Shown here one piece after another: positions 1 to 9,293 of a stretch of DNA of 64,000 bases. The DNA is taken from NCBI GenBank assembly GCA_020720365.1, contig DYOU01000003.1:4719-68718 (forward strand), in the 5' to 3' direction. Made by a program: the position numbers and the translations under genes. The notes beneath the pieces are model-generated. The model was not told where the DNA came from and did no database searches. It saw nothing but the letters and a program-made list of their open reading frames with translations. How positions within the stretch are numbered: the first letter of the stretch is position 1; every line of letters starts with the position of its first letter. The stretch is from Candidatus Elulimicrobium sp. Lineage in GTDB: Bacteria; Omnitrophota; Gorgyraeia; Zapsychrales; Fredricksoniimonadaceae.

Positions 1-1570
1 AGGTCTTTGGCAGGGATCACGGTACGCGAAGTAATATGCTGGTCGTTCTCGCATTCTTCGTAGAGCGCGTCGAAAGCTGTCCCGTAAAGATCTTCCAGCC
101 GCTGGCGTTTGCGCTGAAAGATCTCATTAGGGTCAAACAGTGTCCATGGCTGGTTGGCTTCTGCCCGCCGCATAAAGATATCAGGGATGGAAAGCGCCGG
201 AAAAATATCAAAGGCTTTCGCGCGTATATCGCCTGTTTCGGTCTGTAAGGCAAGAAAATCCAGCACATCCCTGTGCCAGATATCAAGTGTCGGAGAGATC
301 GCACCCAGACGGGCTCCGAGCTGATTGACAGCTGTCGCTGTATCATTGATCAGCCTTACCCAGGGGATGACTCCGCCTGAAGCGCCATTCAGTCCGCGAA
401 TAGCGCTGCCCCGGCTGCGGATGTGCCCAAGATAAACACCTACGCCGCCGCCGAATTTGGATATCTGCGCCATGTTCTCCAGGCCATGATAGATCGTGCG
501 CAGGTCATCATTAAGGTTTAATTTGAAACAACTGGAGAGCTGGTGAAAATTAGTCCGGGCATTCATGAGCGTAGGGGTGGGTAAGGATAATTTCTGGGAC
601 GATGTGACTTCATAGATCTGCCTGGCCAGGGCCAGCCGTTTCTCTTTGGGTTCAGGGAGCGCCAGGAACAGGGCGATCAACATATACATTTCCTGCGGCA
701 GTTCACGGATCTCTTTATTAGGGTTCAAGAGGTAGCGGCGATCAAAGGCAAGGACGGTAGAGTAAATATAGGTTAAGTCCCGCTCATGGTCGATCGCTTC
801 GCCCGCGGCGAGAATGTCTTCAGATGAATAATGGGTTGTAATCTCCTTGAAATAGAGCCCCTTGCTGATGTAATGATCTATATGCGCTTTAAAGGCTTTT
901 GGTGAATAAATTTCATCCAGGGAGATATTGCGGTTACGCGAAGCCGACTTGTACATGTCCATGATATAAAGCCGGCCGGCGATATTCTGCCAGCTGATCG
1001 TATTGACCGAGATCAGGTCCAGGCACACTTTGCGCATATTTTTCAGGATTTGGGTTGTTTTGATATTATCGACCAGCATGAGTTTGAGCCGTTCATAGAG
1101 TTCATCAAAAGAGCATTCCGCCTCATACCCGCGAGCCGCATGGAGGAAGGCCGCTTTTACCTTTTCAACCCTGAATATTTCAGTTGTGCCGTCGCGTTTG
1201 ATGACGCGAAGCGATTCTTTCTCGAGCTTCTTTAATTCTTCAATGCGCAGATTGGCGCGTATCTGGGCATGTTGAGCACGGTAGAGGATATAGTTGCGGG
1301 CGATCTCGAAATGACAGGATTCCACCAGTTTTTGTTCAACGATGTCCTGGATATTCTCAACATTTGCAAGGCGTTCAGACGCTTTATATCGGGAAACAAG
1401 TTCAGCCGTCACTTTATTCACAGTTTCGGATATAAACCCGGAGCTGACAGGAGTCGGGGATTCGGTATTCCTGAGAGTGGCTTCAACAGCTTTACGAACG
1501 GCGATAGCGATCCGTTCACGGTTGAAATCAACGATATCGCCGTTTCTTTTGATGATCTTATCGAGAGACA
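1..1570 (-). CDS. Ribonucleotide reductase catalytic (alpha) subunit, 5' part only (about 523 codons); the gene continues past the left window edge
   Basis: Absent from the ORF track because it has no stop inside the window. My translation of the minus strand from ATG 1570-1568 gives MSLDKIIKRNGDIVDFNRERIAIAVRKAV (ATP-cone) and a second cone-like segment LRVIKRDGTTEIFRVEKV. It then gives LPTPTLMNARTNFHQLSSCF, ISKFGGGVGVYLGHIRSRGSAI and VNQLGARLGAISPTLDIWHRDVLDFL, which are hallmark RNR large-subunit motifs. GAAGGA lies about 8 nt upstream of the ATG. Class I versus class II is not resolved from this fragment. Confidence 0.9.
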
Positions 1571-1740
1571 TAATAACTATCCTTCTATTGAGGTGGGTTC
1601 ATACGAATATACATATTAAATAATAAAATCCAGGATGGGAGTAAATTTATGATTATTTTTCAGTGTGTATATTTTCAGCAATTTTTATGTCAAAATAAAG
1701 TTAAAGAGTTAGGATATTTATATTCTGATTTATAAGTCGA

Positions 1741-2208
1741 ATGAATAGGATATCCATGACAACCTTTTCGTTGAAATTCTGTTGCTTTTCCTTTCTTATG
1801 ATGGTGTTCGCGGGGTTTACCTCCTGTTCAGCCCTGGCAGAAGTGGTGAGCGAGGGGCTGGCAGTGGAGAACAGCCGGCCTGCACCGGGCACAGCGATGT
1901 TCCATGACATCTGCAAGCAATTGAATTTGTCGAGCGAGCAGCAGATGGCATTAGATCAGAATAGGATAAACCATATGTACGCCTATAGGGATATGATGTC
2001 CCGGATCTTTGGGAAACGCCAGGAATTACACAATGCTTTACAGGATCCACGTCTGGATATTATGGCTGTAACGATGATCCATAAGGAATTAGTTGATCTG
2101 ATCATTCAGCAGGAGGATCAGCATTTATCCGCTATCCTCGATGTGCGCAAAATCCTGTCTCCGGAACAATTCGCGCAATTCCAGCAAGTTCCCATGGATC
2201 AAAAGTAA
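1741..2208 (+). CDS. Periplasmic Spy/CpxP-family (LTXXQ-motif) stress protein
   Basis: 155 aa with a hydrophobic signal-like N-terminus (FCCFSFLMMVFAGFTSCSALA). Two LxxEQ-type motifs (LNLSSEQQ, LSPEQFAQF) sit in a helical, Gln/Asp-rich body typical of the CpxP/Spy/ZraP family. Confidence 0.65.
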   Translation: MNRISMTTFSLKFCCFSFLMMVFAGFTSCSALAEVVSEGLAVENSRPAPGTAMFHDICKQLNLSSEQQMALDQNRINHMYAYRDMMSRIFGKRQELHNALQDPRLDIMAVTMIHKELVDLIIQQEDQHLSAILDVRKILSPEQFAQFQQVPMDQK

Positions 2209-2224
2209 TTTATACAAGGTTCTC

Positions 2225-2254
2225 TTGACAAGTATACCGACCAGTCGGTATACT
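2225..2254 (+). promoter_or_regulatory. Sigma70-like promoter (TTGACA, 18 nt, TATACT) overlapped by an 11-bp perfect inverted repeat, a candidate TetR operator
   Basis: TTGACA at 2225-2230 and TATACT at 2249-2254. The palindrome AGTATACCGAC-CA-GTCGGTATACT spans 2231-2254, about 45 nt upstream of the TetR-family gene. Confidence 0.6.
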
Positions 2255-2297
2255 TATTATCAAGATTTGATACGTTTAATGATCAAGGAGTTTGATT

Positions 2298-2852
2298 ATG
2301 CCTAAAAAGAGTTCGAAAGACCTGATCATTGATGCGGCTGAAGCCGTTGTCATGGAAAAAGGAGCGGCGCACATGTCATTGGATATGGTGGCAAGAAAAG
2401 CGGGCGTCAGTAAGGGAGGCCTTATGTATCATTTCCCTAATAAAGAGGCGCTTCTTAAAGATATGGTCGATCGTTTGGTCGCTGAATTTTATATTGAACG
2501 TACAGAGAAACTTCAAGGGCTGAAAGAGACCAAGGGTCGAGGGCTGAAGTCCTGTGTTATGGCAACGTTGGATCCTAATGAAAAGAGAGACCGCATGGCT
2601 TTATCAATATTAGCAGCCGCGGCGCAGGCTCCGATCCTGCTGGATCCTTTGCGGGTAGCCCATAAAGAACATCTCTCTGAGTTAATGGCCTCCGGGTTGC
2701 CTTTCGAACGGGCTGCGATCGTATCGTTAGCGTCGGACGGACTTATGTTTCTTGAACTTTTGCATTTAACTCCTTTTAATAAAGGGCAGAGGTCGATGAT
2801 TCTGAAAGAAATGATCAGGCTTATTGAATCGATGGAGTCTGAGAAAGAATAA
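2298..2852 (+). CDS. TetR/AcrR-family transcriptional repressor
   Basis: N-terminal HTH SLDMVARKAGVSKGGLMYHFPNKEALL with a helical C-terminal ligand domain. AAGGAG lies 7 nt upstream of ATG 2298; the track start at 2292 is a TTG two codons earlier. It is the first gene of the RND efflux operon. Confidence 0.85.
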   Translation: MPKKSSKDLIIDAAEAVVMEKGAAHMSLDMVARKAGVSKGGLMYHFPNKEALLKDMVDRLVAEFYIERTEKLQGLKETKGRGLKSCVMATLDPNEKRDRMALSILAAAAQAPILLDPLRVAHKEHLSELMASGLPFERAAIVSLASDGLMFLELLHLTPFNKGQRSMILKEMIRLIESMESEKE

Positions 2853-2854
2853 TT

Positions 2855-4348
2855 ATGAGAAATATCTTAAAATCTTTATGTTGGATCTTTATATTGTCCG
2901 CTATAGCAGGATGTGTCACCGGTCCTGACTTTAAGGGAGGGACTGTCCCGGCTATTGCCGCGTATACATCTCTTCCAATACCTCAGAAGACTGTTGAAGC
3001 AGCGGCTAAGCTCGGTACGGCCCAGGCCTTTCTTCCAGGAGGAAATCTGCCTTTTGAGTGGTGGCGGTTATTCAAGTCCGCGGACCTGGATATGCTGATC
3101 CGCCAGGCTTTGGAGGGTAATCCTACATTGACCGCCGCAGAGGCTGCCTTGCGTCAAGCTCAGGAAGTCGTCAATGCGCGCACGGGAAACATTCAGTATC
3201 CTGACATGTCTTTCAACGGCGGCGTTACGCGTCAGAAAGGTTCACCAGCGGCGGCGGGGTTGCCTGATGGTAAGGGTAACATTTTTGATCTTTATCATGC
3301 TTCAGTTGCTGTTTCCTATGTATTTGATATCTTTGGCAGTGGACGTCGGGAGATTGAAGCGTTAAACGCCGGGGTTGATCATGCCCGTTTCCGTCTGCAG
3401 GCCGCGCATCTGGCTATTAGCGGTAATGTGGTGACAACCGTTATTCAGAAAGCCGCCCATCGCGGCCTGGTTCAGGCAACAAAAGAAATTATTCTGGCTC
3501 AGGAGCAACAATTGGTTCTTCTGGAAAAACAGCAGGAGTTGGGCGGGATCTCCCGGTCAGAAGTCCTCAGCTTTCGGGCGCAGTTAGAGTCGGTACGCTC
3601 TGTCCTGCCACTGTATGAGAACAGGGTGGTGTTACTAGGGCATCAATTAATAACTCTTTTAGGGAAGATGCCGATTGAATCAGCTAACCTTCCTGAAACC
3701 GACCTGTATTCTATAGAGCTGCCGGCTGAATTACCTGTTATCCTACCTTCAGAATTGGTACATCAGCGCCCTGATATTCAAGCTGCAGAGGCCCTTTTGC
3801 ATGCGGCTTGTGCGGGTATAGGGGTTGCAACGGCGGATCTTTATCCCCGGATCAGTTTGAGCGGATCTTTCGGGCCTCAATCAGGCCAATTCGACGGATT
3901 GTTTAAAGGTGATAATGTTGTATGGGGGTTGGGTGCGGGATTAACTCAGCCTCTGTTGAACGGAGGTTCTTTACGTGCCCGCAAGAGGGGGGCGGAGGCG
4001 GCTTTCGACCAAGCCGCGGCGTATTATCGAGGGACTGTTATCAGTGCTTTCCAGAATGTGGCGGATGTGTTAAAGACGCTTGAGGCTGATGCGGTCATCC
4101 TGAAGTCCCAGGCGAACGCTGAAGCTGCCGCGAAAGAGGCATTAGAGATTGTTCGGGGCCAGTTCAAGGCGGGGTCGATCAATTCAATGGTGGTTTTAGA
4201 CGCCGAACGGCAGTATCAACAGTCATGTATCGGCCTTATTCAGGCCCAGGCTGCCCGGCTTACGGATACGGCCGCGCTCTTTCAGGCGCTCGGCGGTGGA
4301 TGGATCAATAAGGATAAAGTACAGGAGAAGTTATGGGTAAAAGAATGA
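2855..4348 (+). CDS. RND efflux outer-membrane factor lipoprotein (NodT/OprM family)
   Basis: 497 aa with lipobox LSAIAGC. Duplicated OEP-type helical/beta repeats and C-terminal LFQALGGGW, typical of OprM/NodT proteins. Confidence 0.85.
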   Translation: MRNILKSLCWIFILSAIAGCVTGPDFKGGTVPAIAAYTSLPIPQKTVEAAAKLGTAQAFLPGGNLPFEWWRLFKSADLDMLIRQALEGNPTLTAAEAALRQAQEVVNARTGNIQYPDMSFNGGVTRQKGSPAAAGLPDGKGNIFDLYHASVAVSYVFDIFGSGRREIEALNAGVDHARFRLQAAHLAISGNVVTTVIQKAAHRGLVQATKEIILAQEQQLVLLEKQQELGGISRSEVLSFRAQLESVRSVLPLYENRVVLLGHQLITLLGKMPIESANLPETDLYSIELPAELPVILPSELVHQRPDIQAAEALLHAACAGIGVATADLYPRISLSGSFGPQSGQFDGLFKGDNVVWGLGAGLTQPLLNGGSLRARKRGAEAAFDQAAAYYRGTVISAFQNVADVLKTLEADAVILKSQANAEAAAKEALEIVRGQFKAGSINSMVVLDAERQYQQSCIGLIQAQAARLTDTAALFQALGGGWINKDKVQEKLWVKE

Positions 4349-5463
4349 TCGGGATGTTAATCGGCGTCGGTATTGTCTTTGGCGGTATCTTTGGGTATCA
4401 GGCGTTCGGAAATTATATGATGAAGCAGTATTTTGCTAATGTTAAACCGCCGGTTGTGGTGGTTTCAACGATCGAGGTTGTCAATAGTTCCTGGCAGTCA
4501 AAGCTCAAGGCGGTCGGAGATCTGCGGGCGGCAAAAGGGGTTGAAATTTCCAGTGAAGTCCCAGGCCAGGTCAAGACGGTCCGTTTTAATTCCGGCGATG
4601 ATGTTAAAGAAGGAGATATTCTTCTTGAATTGAATACCGACACGGATGAAGCTCAACTTAAGGCTATTGAGGCGGCCGCAGAGCTGTCGAAGATCTCCTA
4701 TGAACGGGACAAAAAACAACTGGAGATCCAGGCGGTGAGTCAGGCACAGGTTGACGCGAGTGCGGCAGAATTAAAAACACGTCTGGCTTTGGTTGATCAG
4801 CAGAAGGCTTTATTGGCAAAGAAGACGGTCCGGGCGCCTTTTTCCGGCAAGTTGGGTATCAGTTCGGTTAATCCAGGGCGTTATCTAAACCCAGGTGAGA
4901 CCATTGTAACCCTGCAGGCTCTTGATCCGATCAGGGTTGATTTCTTTGTCCCGCAACAGGATATCGCGCGGCTTTCCATTGGATTACCAGTTACGCTTGT
5001 GACAGACGCTCACCCCGGGCGTTCATTTGAAGGCAAGATCACCGCCTTTAACCCTCGTGTTGAAAAAGATTCACGGAATATCCTGATCGAAGCGACTTTA
5101 GCTAATCCTCAGGGGGAATTGTTGCCGGGGATGTTCGTGCCGGTCGAAGTGGCAACGGGTAGTCCGGTTAATTATATGACGATACCGCAAACAAGCGTGA
5201 GCTTTAATCCTTATGGAGAAACGGTTTATCTGGTAGAAGAGAAAGAGAAAGATAAGGACGGTAAGCCCGTTCTCATCGCGCGGCAAACGTTCATTAAGAC
5301 CGGAGACTCGAGAGGGGATCAGATCGCTGTTACCGACGGAGTCAAAGTGGGGGATACGATCGTATTCTCAGGTCAGCATAAACTCAAGAACGGGAGCGCT
5401 ATCACGATCAATAATCAGACCCGGCCATTAAATGAAGCAGCACCAAAACCGCAGGAAGATTAA
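4333..5463 (+). CDS. RND efflux membrane-fusion (periplasmic adaptor) protein, AcrA/MexA/HlyD-like
   Basis: 376 aa with an N-terminal anchor. Lipoyl/barrel-sandwich motifs (VSSEVPGQVKTVRFNSGDDVKEGDILLEL; VRAPFSGKLG), a coiled-coil hairpin between them, and AGGAGA upstream. Overlaps the OMF gene by 16 nt. Confidence 0.85.
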   Translation: MGKRMIGMLIGVGIVFGGIFGYQAFGNYMMKQYFANVKPPVVVVSTIEVVNSSWQSKLKAVGDLRAAKGVEISSEVPGQVKTVRFNSGDDVKEGDILLELNTDTDEAQLKAIEAAAELSKISYERDKKQLEIQAVSQAQVDASAAELKTRLALVDQQKALLAKKTVRAPFSGKLGISSVNPGRYLNPGETIVTLQALDPIRVDFFVPQQDIARLSIGLPVTLVTDAHPGRSFEGKITAFNPRVEKDSRNILIEATLANPQGELLPGMFVPVEVATGSPVNYMTIPQTSVSFNPYGETVYLVEEKEKDKDGKPVLIARQTFIKTGDSRGDQIAVTDGVKVGDTIVFSGQHKLKNGSAITINNQTRPLNEAAPKPQED

Positions 5464-5475
5464 GGGAACGGGAAT

Positions 5476-8400
5476 ATGAATTTAACTGATATTTTTATTC
5501 GTCGGCCAGTCCTGGCTACCGTTGTGAGCCTGTTGATCCTTGTTCTTGGATTAAGGGCTGTTACTCTGCTGGGTGTCCGTGAGTATCCGCAGACACAGAA
5601 CGCCGTTGTTACCGTAACGACTGTTTATACTGGAGCCGATCCGGAACTGGTGGCAGGGTTTATTACAACGCCTTTGGAGAATTCAATCGCCCAGGCGAAC
5701 GGGATCGATTATCTTTCTTCAGTCAGCAGTGCCAATGTAAGTATGATCAAAGCGAACTTGCGGTTGAATTTTGATTCAAACCGTGCTTTGACCGAGATCA
5801 ATACCAAAGTGAATGCCGTATTGAATCAGCTTCCGCGTGAAGCGCAACAACCTTCGATCACCGTTGCGGTCGGGGAATCATTTGATTCAATGTATATAGG
5901 GTTTTACAGTAAGGGTTTGCCGGCAAACAGGATTTCTGATTACTTGATCCGGGTTGTTCAGCCTAAATTACAGGCAGTTGAGGGTGTGCAAATGGCCGAG
6001 ATCCTGGGAAGCCGTCAGTTTGCGATGAGGATATGGCTTGATCCGAGCCGAATGGCCTCTCGTGGTGTTACCGCGGCGGATGTTTCGGCAGCGCTTGCCG
6101 CTAACAATTATATTTCCGCTGTAGGCCGTACCAAAGGCCAGATGATGACGATCGACCTGACGGCGGCAACGGACATGCATTCCGTTAAAGAATTCGAAGA
6201 GCTGACGGTCCGTTCTCTCGGAGGCGCTATTGTGCGGCTTAAGGATGTCGCGAATGTAACGCTTGGTTCGGAAAACTACGATGTTGATGTTCTGTTTGAT
6301 GGCGAGAGCGCTGTTTTTATCGGGATCAAGGTCGCTCCGACGGGGAACTTGTTGAATGTCATTGATAAGGTCCGTAAGGTTTTTCCCGAGATCCAGTCAC
6401 AACTGCCTGAAGGGCTAGAGGGAAGGATCGTGTATGACGCGACCAATTATGTTAACAATTCCATTCATGAAGTCGTTAAAACATTGATCGAATCGCTTTT
6501 AATTGTTACCGTCGTTATTTTTCTGTTTCTGGGGTCTCTTCGATCGGTACTTATTCCGGCGATCGCTATGCCTTTATCTTTGATCGGCGGATTCTTTATT
6601 ATGCTTGTTTTTGGTTATACGATCAACCTGCTGACCTTATTGGCGCTGGTATTGGCGATCGGGCTGGTTGTCGACGATGCTATCATTGTTGTTGAGAATA
6701 TCCACCGGCATATAGAGAACGGGATGGCGCCGATGGCCGCGTCCCTTCAGGGGGCCAGGGAATTGGCCGGACCGATCATCGCTATCTCGGTCGTATTGGT
6801 GGCGGTCTATGTTCCTATTGGTTTTATGGGAGGGTTGACGGGAGCCCTGTTCACCGAATTTGCTTTTACTCTGGCAGGGGCTGTTGCTGTGTCCGCGGTT
6901 GTTGCCCTAACACTTTCCCCGATGATGTGTTCCCGTTTTCTTAAGAAGATGGACCATACGTCCCGATATACGTTTGTTGATTTCATTGATCGTCAGTTCG
7001 ACCGTCTGAGTCGGTTATATACAAGGAAATTGCATGGCGTCCTGAATTATCTTTCTGTTATTGCCGTCTTTGCCGTTATTGTCCTTGTCAGCATTCCTTT
7101 TCTTTTTTCGGCGGCCAAGAGTGAGCTCGCCCCAACGGAAGACCCCGGTTTTATAGGATCTTTCTTTTCCGGATCTCCCACGGCCTCGCTTGGCCAGACG
7201 CATATTTATGCCAAAGAAGTGAATAAAGTTCTGAGTTCTTATCCGGAAATGGATCATGTTTTCCAGATCCAGGGTGAGGGCGGCCTTAATTCAGGCTTTG
7301 CGGGGGTTGTTCTTAAACCCTGGGAAGAACGCAAACGTTCTTCCCTATTCATTCAGGAAGATATTCAGCTTAAGCTGGCGGGGATTTCCGGTGTGGATGG
7401 GGTCGCTTTTCTTCCTCCGTCGCTTCCCGGCGGAGGTGAAGGTTTGCCGATCCAGTTCGTTATAGGGACAACGGATTCGTCCATGCGATTGAATGAAGTA
7501 TCCCAGGATTTCTTTGAGAAAGCCCAGGCGACGGGCTTATTTGTTTATATTGATAAAGACCTCAAGATCGATAAGCCGCAGACAGAGATCAGGATAGATC
7601 GGGATAAGGCAGCCCAGATGGGGTTATCCATGCAAGAGGTAGGGGGGTCTCTGGGAGCGATGATCGGAGGAGGCTATGTTAATTACTTCAGCTTGTCCGG
7701 GCGTTCGTATAAAGTCATCCCTCAGGTTATACAAAGTGAACGTTTGAATGCGGATCAATTGCTGGATTATCATATTAATATTCCGGGCGGGGCATCTGTT
7801 TCGCTGGCAACGATCGCGAGTCTGCGTACAACCGTTGTCCCTCGCGCACTCAATCATTTTCAGCAATTGAATGCCGCGACGATATCGGGAGTCCCCATAC
7901 CTGGTGTAACACTGGGACAGGTATTAAAGAAATTGCAGGAGATAGCCAAAACGGCATTGCCGCAAGGTTATACCGTTGATTATGCCGGACAGTCCCGGCA
8001 GTTTGTGAAAGAATCGAGTTCACTGACCTTTACATTCTTTTTTTCGCTGTTGATCATCTTCCTCGTTCTGGCGGCGCTCTTTGAAAGTTTTCGTGATCCT
8101 TTGATCGTTCTTATCAGTGTCCCTATGTCAATATGCGGCGCAATGATCTTTATCAGCCTTGGGATAGGCGGGGCAAGTCTGAATATTTATACCCAGGTCG
8201 GGATGGTAACGCTGATCGGGCTTATCAGTAAACATGGTATTCTTATTGTTCAATTTGCGAATGACCTGCAGCATCAGGGAAAGAGCAAGCGCGAAGCTAT
8301 TGAGATGGCATCAGCTATCCGGCTCCGGCCGATCCTGATGACAACGGCGGCCATGGTTTTGGGAGTTCTCCCTCTTGTCATCGCATCTGGCGCCGGGGCA

Positions 8401-8532
8401 GCGGGCAGGTTTAATATGGGGCTTGTTATCATGAGCGGAATTTCTATCGGGACAGTTTTTACTCTTTTCGTTGTTCCGGCTATGTATATGATGATTGCGG
8501 CGGATCATCATGATCAAAAGGATCTGCGCTAA
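5476..8532 (+). CDS. RND-family inner-membrane efflux permease (AcrB/MdtB-like, HAE-1)
   Basis: 1018 aa. N-terminus MNLTDIFIRRPVLATVVSLLILVLG, the motif LAIGLVVDDAIIVVENI, and two large periplasmic loops with 12 predicted TM segments. Confidence 0.9.
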   Translation: MNLTDIFIRRPVLATVVSLLILVLGLRAVTLLGVREYPQTQNAVVTVTTVYTGADPELVAGFITTPLENSIAQANGIDYLSSVSSANVSMIKANLRLNFDSNRALTEINTKVNAVLNQLPREAQQPSITVAVGESFDSMYIGFYSKGLPANRISDYLIRVVQPKLQAVEGVQMAEILGSRQFAMRIWLDPSRMASRGVTAADVSAALAANNYISAVGRTKGQMMTIDLTAATDMHSVKEFEELTVRSLGGAIVRLKDVANVTLGSENYDVDVLFDGESAVFIGIKVAPTGNLLNVIDKVRKVFPEIQSQLPEGLEGRIVYDATNYVNNSIHEVVKTLIESLLIVTVVIFLFLGSLRSVLIPAIAMPLSLIGGFFIMLVFGYTINLLTLLALVLAIGLVVDDAIIVVENIHRHIENGMAPMAASLQGARELAGPIIAISVVLVAVYVPIGFMGGLTGALFTEFAFTLAGAVAVSAVVALTLSPMMCSRFLKKMDHTSRYTFVDFIDRQFDRLSRLYTRKLHGVLNYLSVIAVFAVIVLVSIPFLFSAAKSELAPTEDPGFIGSFFSGSPTASLGQTHIYAKEVNKVLSSYPEMDHVFQIQGEGGLNSGFAGVVLKPWEERKRSSLFIQEDIQLKLAGISGVDGVAFLPPSLPGGGEGLPIQFVIGTTDSSMRLNEVSQDFFEKAQATGLFVYIDKDLKIDKPQTEIRIDRDKAAQMGLSMQEVGGSLGAMIGGGYVNYFSLSGRSYKVIPQVIQSERLNADQLLDYHINIPGGASVSLATIASLRTTVVPRALNHFQQLNAATISGVPIPGVTLGQVLKKLQEIAKTALPQGYTVDYAGQSRQFVKESSSLTFTFFFSLLIIFLVLAALFESFRDPLIVLISVPMSICGAMIFISLGIGGASLNIYTQVGMVTLIGLISKHGILIVQFANDLQHQGKSKREAIEMASAIRLRPILMTTAAMVLGVLPLVIASGAGAAGRFNMGLVIMSGISIGTVFTLFVVPAMYMMIAADHHDQKDLR

Positions 8533-8534
8533 GA

Positions 8535-9293
8535 ATGGAATATTCCAGGCAAATACTCTTCCTGTTATTTTGTTTGATCGTCCTGGGATTCTCTATCCTG
8601 GTCAAAGGCATGCTCAGTTCAGTGCCTTATAAAGAAGCTCAATCGCGCCGTATGGATATTCCTCCCCATGCCAGCCTGGACACAATGGGGCAATGGTGGC
8701 GTTGTGATCGAGGGTATTTCAAGAATGCCAATACTTGCCAACAGATACAACTCCCTGTTCATGCCAGGTTAGACAGTTCGGGGAATAATTGGGAATGTCT
8801 TGATGCTTTCAAACGGCAGGCTGAAGCCTGTATCCCGATGTCCCTTGAAGAAAAGCTCAAGCAGGAGAAAGATTTAAAGGAAAAGATCCTGCAGGCAGAA
8901 GAATGGGAGCAGGAACGTGCGCGTTCAGTCGTTGTGGTGCGGACATCGATATGTGTAGCCGCGTATAATAAATGCACTTCAACCTGCTATAGTACTCTTT
9001 ATGATCGTTATTCCGGAAGAGTGGCTAAAAGTATTGATTTTATCAACAGCTGTTCAGGGGCATGTGCCGACGGGCAGAATGGCTGTGAAGAGCCGGTTGA
9101 TAATGACCCGTGCAATGCCTTTGCAATAGCGTGCAGGAATAATTGTCCGGCTGTTATTCATTTAAAAGAGTCAGGGCAAGTGTCATCTGGCACAAATGCA
9201 GAAGAGAATTGTAAGAAAGCCTGTTCTGATGGAGAGACCCGATGTTATTATCAAAGGACGCAACTTAACAAGGATGCTTCAGAGACCCGGTAA
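8535..9293 (+). CDS. Cysteine-rich membrane-anchored protein of unknown function
   Basis: 252 aa with one N-terminal hydrophobic helix (ILFLLFCLIVLGFSILV). Two W-x-C-x10-C units, a Lys/Glu coiled segment, then four C-x3-C pairs (CTSTC, CSGAC, CRNNC, CKKAC) plus further Cys. The start is 2 nt after the RND stop, and its stop overlaps the corA ATG (TAATG). Confidence 0.6.
   Translation: MEYSRQILFLLFCLIVLGFSILVKGMLSSVPYKEAQSRRMDIPPHASLDTMGQWWRCDRGYFKNANTCQQIQLPVHARLDSSGNNWECLDAFKRQAEACIPMSLEEKLKQEKDLKEKILQAEEWEQERARSVVVVRTSICVAAYNKCTSTCYSTLYDRYSGRVAKSIDFINSCSGACADGQNGCEEPVDNDPCNAFAIACRNNCPAVIHLKESGQVSSGTNAEENCKKACSDGETRCYYQRTQLNKDASETR

Noticed and set aside
1050-1623. Plus-strand ORFs of 61, 116 and 93 aa listed by the track
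   Set aside because: They lie antisense to the clearly coding ribonucleotide reductase gene (1-1570, minus strand).
1571-1740. NrdR boxes or a cobalamin riboswitch upstream of the RNR gene
   Set aside because: There are AT-rich near-palindromes (for example AATAT-GT-ATATT), but they lack the CAC/GTG flanks of NrdR boxes. No B12-box-like GC-rich core is present.
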